A DNA stretch of 64,000 bases from positions 1,760,001 through 1,824,000 of the forward strand of contig CBDCGL010000011.1 in NCBI GenBank assembly GCA_965216755.1, read 5' to 3'. Shown in pieces: positions 60,701-64,000 of the stretch; the first letter of the stretch is position 1; each line of letters opens with the position of its first letter. This DNA is from Alphaproteobacteria bacterium (GTDB lineage Bacteria; Pseudomonadota; Alphaproteobacteria; UBA7887). The translations under genes were made by a program, and so were the position numbers. The notes under the pieces were generated by a model. That model saw only the letters and a program-made list of their open reading frames with translations, ran no database searches and had not been told where the DNA came from.

Positions 60701-60880
60701 CTCGACAAAGCATTGGAAGAAGAACCAAATCTTGCCGAAGTCCATTGGCAAAAAATGTATTTCTGGCACAAGGGGCGGGCGACCAGGCCACTCCTTGACG
60801 CAGTTGCCAAGGGCCTTGAAGCCTGCGGTTGGAATGTGCCGCCCGACCCGGGCCCCGAAGCCTTTGCGGTCGCGCAATAG
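57710..60880 (+). CDS. Class III adenylate/guanylate cyclase with TM helix and two TolB-like/TPR modules
   Basis: AILAADVAGYSRLM, DTAGDS and GDGVNVAARLE motifs, one TM helix. The IAVLPF..YF.DGITEDIITRL module occurs twice, each followed by TPRs. Confidence 0.92.
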   Translation: MVADEGQRKLAAILAADVAGYSRLMADDERATVRTLTAYRTLFSEYVGGHQGRIVDTAGDSVLATFDSMVEAVEAAVEIQRALANRNQDLPGHRRMHFRVGVNLGDIIVRDDGTIYGDGVNVAARLEGLAEPGGIMISGSAHEQIEGKLDVSLADAGTHDVKNIPRLVRAYRVHLTADEATDAPRPKLRRRAVPLGVSALVAAIIVASAVWWFALRDTTPPMLTADGIPTDDPILAMPTGPSIAVLPFNNINDDTGHEYFADGITEDIITRLSHFPDYMVIARNTTFQYKGRAIDVGEVARELSVDFVLEGSVRRDETRVRITAQLIDGNAGSHLWANSFDGDLTAGDIFDIQDAITEQVVTTLADTYGVISLAGYKRSLVRGSADLSAYECVLGAHGYYGSNTTPTEHARVRDCLERAVEIAPDYADAWAWLAAMYRDEHMVGFNAKPNALVRAEDAARKAVNLDPQNVEGNLVLAHVRFFKHDIPGFLVSARRTVSINPNSADALASMGMAMGYAGYWEEGLAWTTKAMKLNPRFPPWFQWVFFYDRFRNGEYEVAAERAELGVVPGFYWSNLMQAAAYGKLGRLARGRSAVMALTELYPGYDLEMAEELHRTWNFDDALIADILDGLRKAGLPEPSFAPSRPVIAVLPFDNLSGDPEQDYFSDGITEDIITRLAQVQDILVLGRNTSFQFKGEAIDIETVAQKLGADYVVEGSIRRGGNTVRVTAQLLNGDDGTHLWVETYDRALDPANLFAIQDEITAAVASRIGDPSGAINRAEFQRSVKRAPSQLASYDCVLRYFEYLRVTSELTFRTALDCLESTVAADTNFADALTFLGDLYVDDVAMEFGLSPHATLRSGLNLIQQGVAADPKNGVARVRLARALLLNDQPERAIREAEQALQLAPNNTDVLGTASVVFTNSGQYDRARETMEKVAVLNPNYSAWMNWEPAKGHLARGNYAEAIRSIEKTEMLWWSRTKIFMAAALCANGDTEQGRQMLDKALEEEPNLAEVHWQKMYFWHKGRATRPLLDAVAKGLEACGWNVPPDPGPEAFAVAQ

Positions 60881-60955
60881 CCAAGCACGTGCCGACGCGC
60901 CGTGCGTGGCGACCGTCGTCTGTGGCGGGTCACCGTCGCCTCATCCGTTTTGCTC

Positions 60956-60982
60956 ATGGCCGGATCAAAGCCCGGCCTTAAC
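60956..60982. repeat. REP-like hairpin, right half (inverted relative to 57511)
   Basis: ATGGCCGGATCAAAGCCCGGCC. TGGCCGGATCAA (60957-60968) is the exact reverse complement of 57524-57535. Confidence 0.45.
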
Positions 60983-61014
60983 CAAACGTTTACGGCATGT
61001 GGTAACGGCCGCGC

Positions 61015-61317
61015 TTACAGCGGCGCGTCGACTCCTTCGACGATGAGTAGGGTTTTCGGCGTGGTCGCCGCCTCGCGGATTGCCTTCAGCGGCTGGTAGT
61101 CCGGGTCGTTCAGGAAATCGTCGATTGCCTGGCGGTTTGGCCAGCGGAATATCAACAGCCGTGAGGGCTTCCAATCACCACGCAACACGTCAACGTCACC
61201 GCCGCGCACGAGATACTCGCCACCGTGTTTCTTCACGAAAGCCGGAGCGCCTTCCAGATAGGTCTTGAACGCCTCCGGATCATGTACCTCGCTGTCCGCG
61301 ATCAAGTAAACAGCCAT
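61015..61317 (-). CDS. DUF1330 family protein
   Basis: YLIA..EVHDPEAF..Y...KHGGEYLVRGG..LRGDW.P...DYQPLKAIR. Confidence 0.92.
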   Translation of the reverse strand: MAVYLIADSEVHDPEAFKTYLEGAPAFVKKHGGEYLVRGGDVDVLRGDWKPSRLLIFRWPNRQAIDDFLNDPDYQPLKAIREAATTPKTLLIVEGVDAPL

Positions 61318-61439
61318 GCCACTCCCTCCAAATCATCGTGCCGCGTGCCATACACGGCACGCCCTGTGTAAACAAAAGCCATGGAAGACCCGTACGTCAA
61401 CTTCGATCGGTGCTTCCCAGGTACCCGGTCGCCAACAGG

Positions 61440-61471
61440 AAAACGCCGCCTCCGGAAACCGGCGGCGGCGT
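61440..61471 (-). terminator. Probable intrinsic terminator after the rcdA-like gene
   Basis: Minus strand ACGCCGCCGCCGG-TTT-CCGGAGGCGGCGT-TTT. Confidence 0.65.
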
Positions 61472-61500
61472 GGTCCACTCTCACGTATGTTCGGAAGTGA

Positions 61501-61989
61501 TTACAAATCGGATGCGCTCTTGCGCACGGGGGTTACGGCTGCGGCCGGTTCGTCGACATAGCCGCGCAGGTCATTGTCGAGACGCACGACGCGCTGATAC
61601 AAGCGCTGGCTGCCTTCGACGAGTTCATCAAATCGGGGGAAAAACGGCGCCGCGTCTTGCGCACCATTGGCGCCCAGCGTGCGGTCCAAGGTCCAGTTCT
61701 TAGCACGCGTGTCCGGATTGCTGCGCGCTTCGATTGCCGATTGCTGCGCCAGCGCCCAGCCCATCACCTGCATCAAGCGGGCGGTGACCAAGAGCATCTC
61801 GCGGCGATAGGCCAGTTTCTCGCGCGCACTCAATGCCGCCGGCTCGCCATCGTCACTCATCTCGCACAACAGCCGCGCTTCGCCACACAGCACCGCCGCA
61901 TCATCGCGAAGGCATTGCAGCGTACGCCAATAGAATTGGCTGTCGATCTGTTCCGAATGGCCTATCTCGGTGATCATGTGTGTCTCCAC
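61501..61989 (-). CDS. DUF1465 / RcdA-like protease adaptor
   Basis: AYRREMLLVTARLMQVMGW and LVEGSQRLYQRVVRLD match the RcdA three-helix signature, but the sequence is divergent. Confidence 0.7.
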   Translation of the reverse strand: METHMITEIGHSEQIDSQFYWRTLQCLRDDAAVLCGEARLLCEMSDDGEPAALSAREKLAYRREMLLVTARLMQVMGWALAQQSAIEARSNPDTRAKNWTLDRTLGANGAQDAAPFFPRFDELVEGSQRLYQRVVRLDNDLRGYVDEPAAAVTPVRKSASDL

Positions 61990-62214
61990 GCGTTATGGCC
62001 TACCGGCCTCTTGTCCCTGAATTCACGACAGGTTGGTTCGGTCACCTGTCTGAATGCGTGGAAAATTTTACGGGATTTTGCGCCCACGTCATGGTTCGAA
62101 CGAACCAATAGTGTAAATTTGCGTTCCGGCATCTTGCCGGTCCGGATTCGTTTAGTGTTATCAATGATTTAGTGTCTGCACGCGCGCCTGCGCGTCAGAC
62201 TTGTGGTGGCGGAC

Positions 62215-64000
62215 CTAGGACCAGGACGTGGTATAACCCTTTCGCCGCGCAACCGAGGCCGCGACCGCTGCACTGGGTTTCGCGGCGTCTTCTGTGACGG
62301 CCGTCACAGGCTCCGCGGTCAGGGCAGATGTCTGCGCCGATGGCTGCAGATTGGCCTCTGCCACCTGCAATACCATTTGGGCCAGACCAGCCGTGGGTTT
62401 GCCAAACAAGAAGCCTTGCGCGAACGAAACGCCACTATCGCGGAGGAAACGCGCGGTCGTTTCATCTTCGACCCGTTCCGCCACGGTGGCGATGCCCAAG
62501 TCATGGCACAGGCCGATGATGGCCTTCAGAAACGCGCGGGTTTCGGCGCTCGCCAGGGCATCGACGATGTAGTCGCCGTCGATTTTGACGATATCCACCG
62601 ACAGCTCGCGCAAATAGTGAAACGCGGCCGCCCCGGACCCGAAATCATCGAGGCTAACATGATGGCCGCGTTTCCGGAGTTTTTGAACCACCGTGTCTGC
62701 AGCAGGAAGATCACTGATCTCGCTGGTTTCGGTGACTTCAAATGAGAGATGCTGACGCAGCTGATCGCGACCATCGAGCACCACATCCAGTGCATCCAGA
62801 AAGAAGCGGCTGGTGAGCGATCGCCCCGAAATGTTCACCGCTACGTTGACCTTTAAGCCCGCGTCCAGGACGGTTTCGATATCACTCAGCACGCGCCGTG
62901 TCATGGCGACATCAAACTCGCCGATAACGCCAACCTCCTCGGCAAATGTGATCATTTCGAACGGCGACTTGGTACTACCCTCACCGTCAAAGCGCGCCAA
63001 CGCCTCGAAATGATGAATGGTTCCGTCGGCCAAATTGACGATTGGCTGATAGGCGACTCCGAATGATTCGCGTTCCATGATCGTCCGAAATTCAGATATC
63101 CGGTTGACCACATCATTGAGCATCAGCTGATAGCCATCATCCAGGTTCGCGATGCTGAGTCGGCTGAGTGGTTCGCGGGTAAAACGCTCCACAGTATGAA
63201 TCAGGGCACGAATCGCGTCGTCGGGATCCAACGCCCCGGCGCCGATGTCGATCGTCGCGCTGCTGAACTCAATTGGCTCGCCAGCGGGGGCTAAACTCGA
63301 CAATCCCGATTGCAGCTGTGCCAGCGCCCGATCGGTGTCGAATTGGCCGTCGTGAACAACACCATACTTGTTGTCCGCGAGCCGGCCCGCCGTCATGCCA
63401 TCAATCGACATAGCTCGCAACTGATCGCCAATATGGCCCGCGACATCCCGCAGAACATGGGCTTCAAGCTGATTCTGTAGGTCGCCGAAGTGATCGACTT
63501 CAACCAAGGTCAGGTGGCTGGACCGATGGGCATCATTGCGGGCATTCAGGCACTCCGCAGCCAATGTCGTGAAGTCTTCCGCGCCGGCCAATCCAGATTC
63601 AGCATCGCGCCGATCCGCGGACAGCATGCGAAAAACGCTGTTATTGCGTACAGAGCTCAAGGATACGAAGTAACGATCGCCAAGCTCTGAAAGGCGATGC
63701 CCCGAAATCGCCGCCGGCACAACGCTGCCATCAGGCATGGCTAGTCCGACGATTTTTGCGGCGATCCGTTCACCACCGTCCGCCTGGCGAAGCAATCGCA
63801 CACAATAAGATCGGTCGCGGGGATCGATGAGCTCTTCGATGGGCTGGCCGACCAATTGCTCGGGCCGCGAGGTCCCAAGCAGCGACATCGCGCCTGCCGC
63901 AAACACGATGCGCAAATCGGCGTCAAGCTCGATGAGGACGTCGGCAGCGGAAAATGCCAACGCAACGAATCGGTCGCGTTCTGCGCGCAACTGGCTTTCT
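62215..64000 (-). CDS. PAS - degenerate GGDEF - EAL c-di-GMP phosphodiesterase (start lies beyond the window end)
   Basis: YQPIV, FEALARF, NISG, EVTE, DDFGSG, KIDG and AERVE motifs. The GGDEF position reads GRLADNKY. Confidence 0.9.
   Translation of the reverse strand, partial: ESQLRAERDRFVALAFSAADVLIELDADLRIVFAAGAMSLLGTSRPEQLVGQPIEELIDPRDRSYCVRLLRQADGGERIAAKIVGLAMPDGSVVPAAISGHRLSELGDRYFVSLSSVRNNSVFRMLSADRRDAESGLAGAEDFTTLAAECLNARNDAHRSSHLTLVEVDHFGDLQNQLEAHVLRDVAGHIGDQLRAMSIDGMTAGRLADNKYGVVHDGQFDTDRALAQLQSGLSSLAPAGEPIEFSSATIDIGAGALDPDDAIRALIHTVERFTREPLSRLSIANLDDGYQLMLNDVVNRISEFRTIMERESFGVAYQPIVNLADGTIHHFEALARFDGEGSTKSPFEMITFAEEVGVIGEFDVAMTRRVLSDIETVLDAGLKVNVAVNISGRSLTSRFFLDALDVVLDGRDQLRQHLSFEVTETSEISDLPAADTVVQKLRKRGHHVSLDDFGSGAAAFHYLRELSVDIVKIDGDYIVDALASAETRAFLKAIIGLCHDLGIATVAERVEDETTARFLRDSGVSFAQGFLFGKPTAGLAQMVLQVAEANLQPSAQTSALTAEPVTAVTEDAAKPSAAVAASVARRKGYTTSWS

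Overview
A 64 kb chromosomal segment from a GC-rich alphaproteobacterium. The gene content points to a Rhodospirillales-like lineage, which is my inference from trcR/DUF1013, an rcdA-like gene, DUF1192, COQ9 and a CtrA box. Most of the window is core or housekeeping DNA: frmA, aqpZ, cspA, pntAA-pntAB-pntB, rpsU, def, purKE, pfkA, pip, rpmE, metY, hldE, ubiX and nrdAB. Accessory patches and several gene remnants lie between these genes. I found no rRNA, tRNA, CRISPR array, integrase or intact transposase. The best candidate for an undescribed system is a four-gene minus-strand operon at 16294-19264. It encodes a soluble Roadblock/LC7 (MglB-like) protein, a stand-alone oxygen-binding di-iron (ODP-type) metallo-beta-lactamase-fold protein, a membrane-anchored OmpA/peptidoglycan-binding protein and a membrane-anchored coiled-coil Roadblock protein. 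No MglA-type GTPase, chemoreceptor or kinase accompanies it. It may be an envelope-tethered O2/Fe(II)-sensing scaffold, and it converges on a STAND ATPase whose cyclase domain is degenerate. Other notable signals: an unannotated ~100-nt sRNA candidate with an anti-SD motif behind a perfect CtrA box (40291-40429); a 23-bp perfect inverted-repeat miniature element (45522-45624); an operon of three predicted exported proteins led by a formamidase-like enzyme (53009-55626); a cyclase with tandemly duplicated TolB-like/TPR modules flanked by inverted REP-like half-sites; and three perfect DnaA boxes plus two NrdR-like boxes upstream of nrdA. All calls come from motif recognition by eye; no database searches were run.
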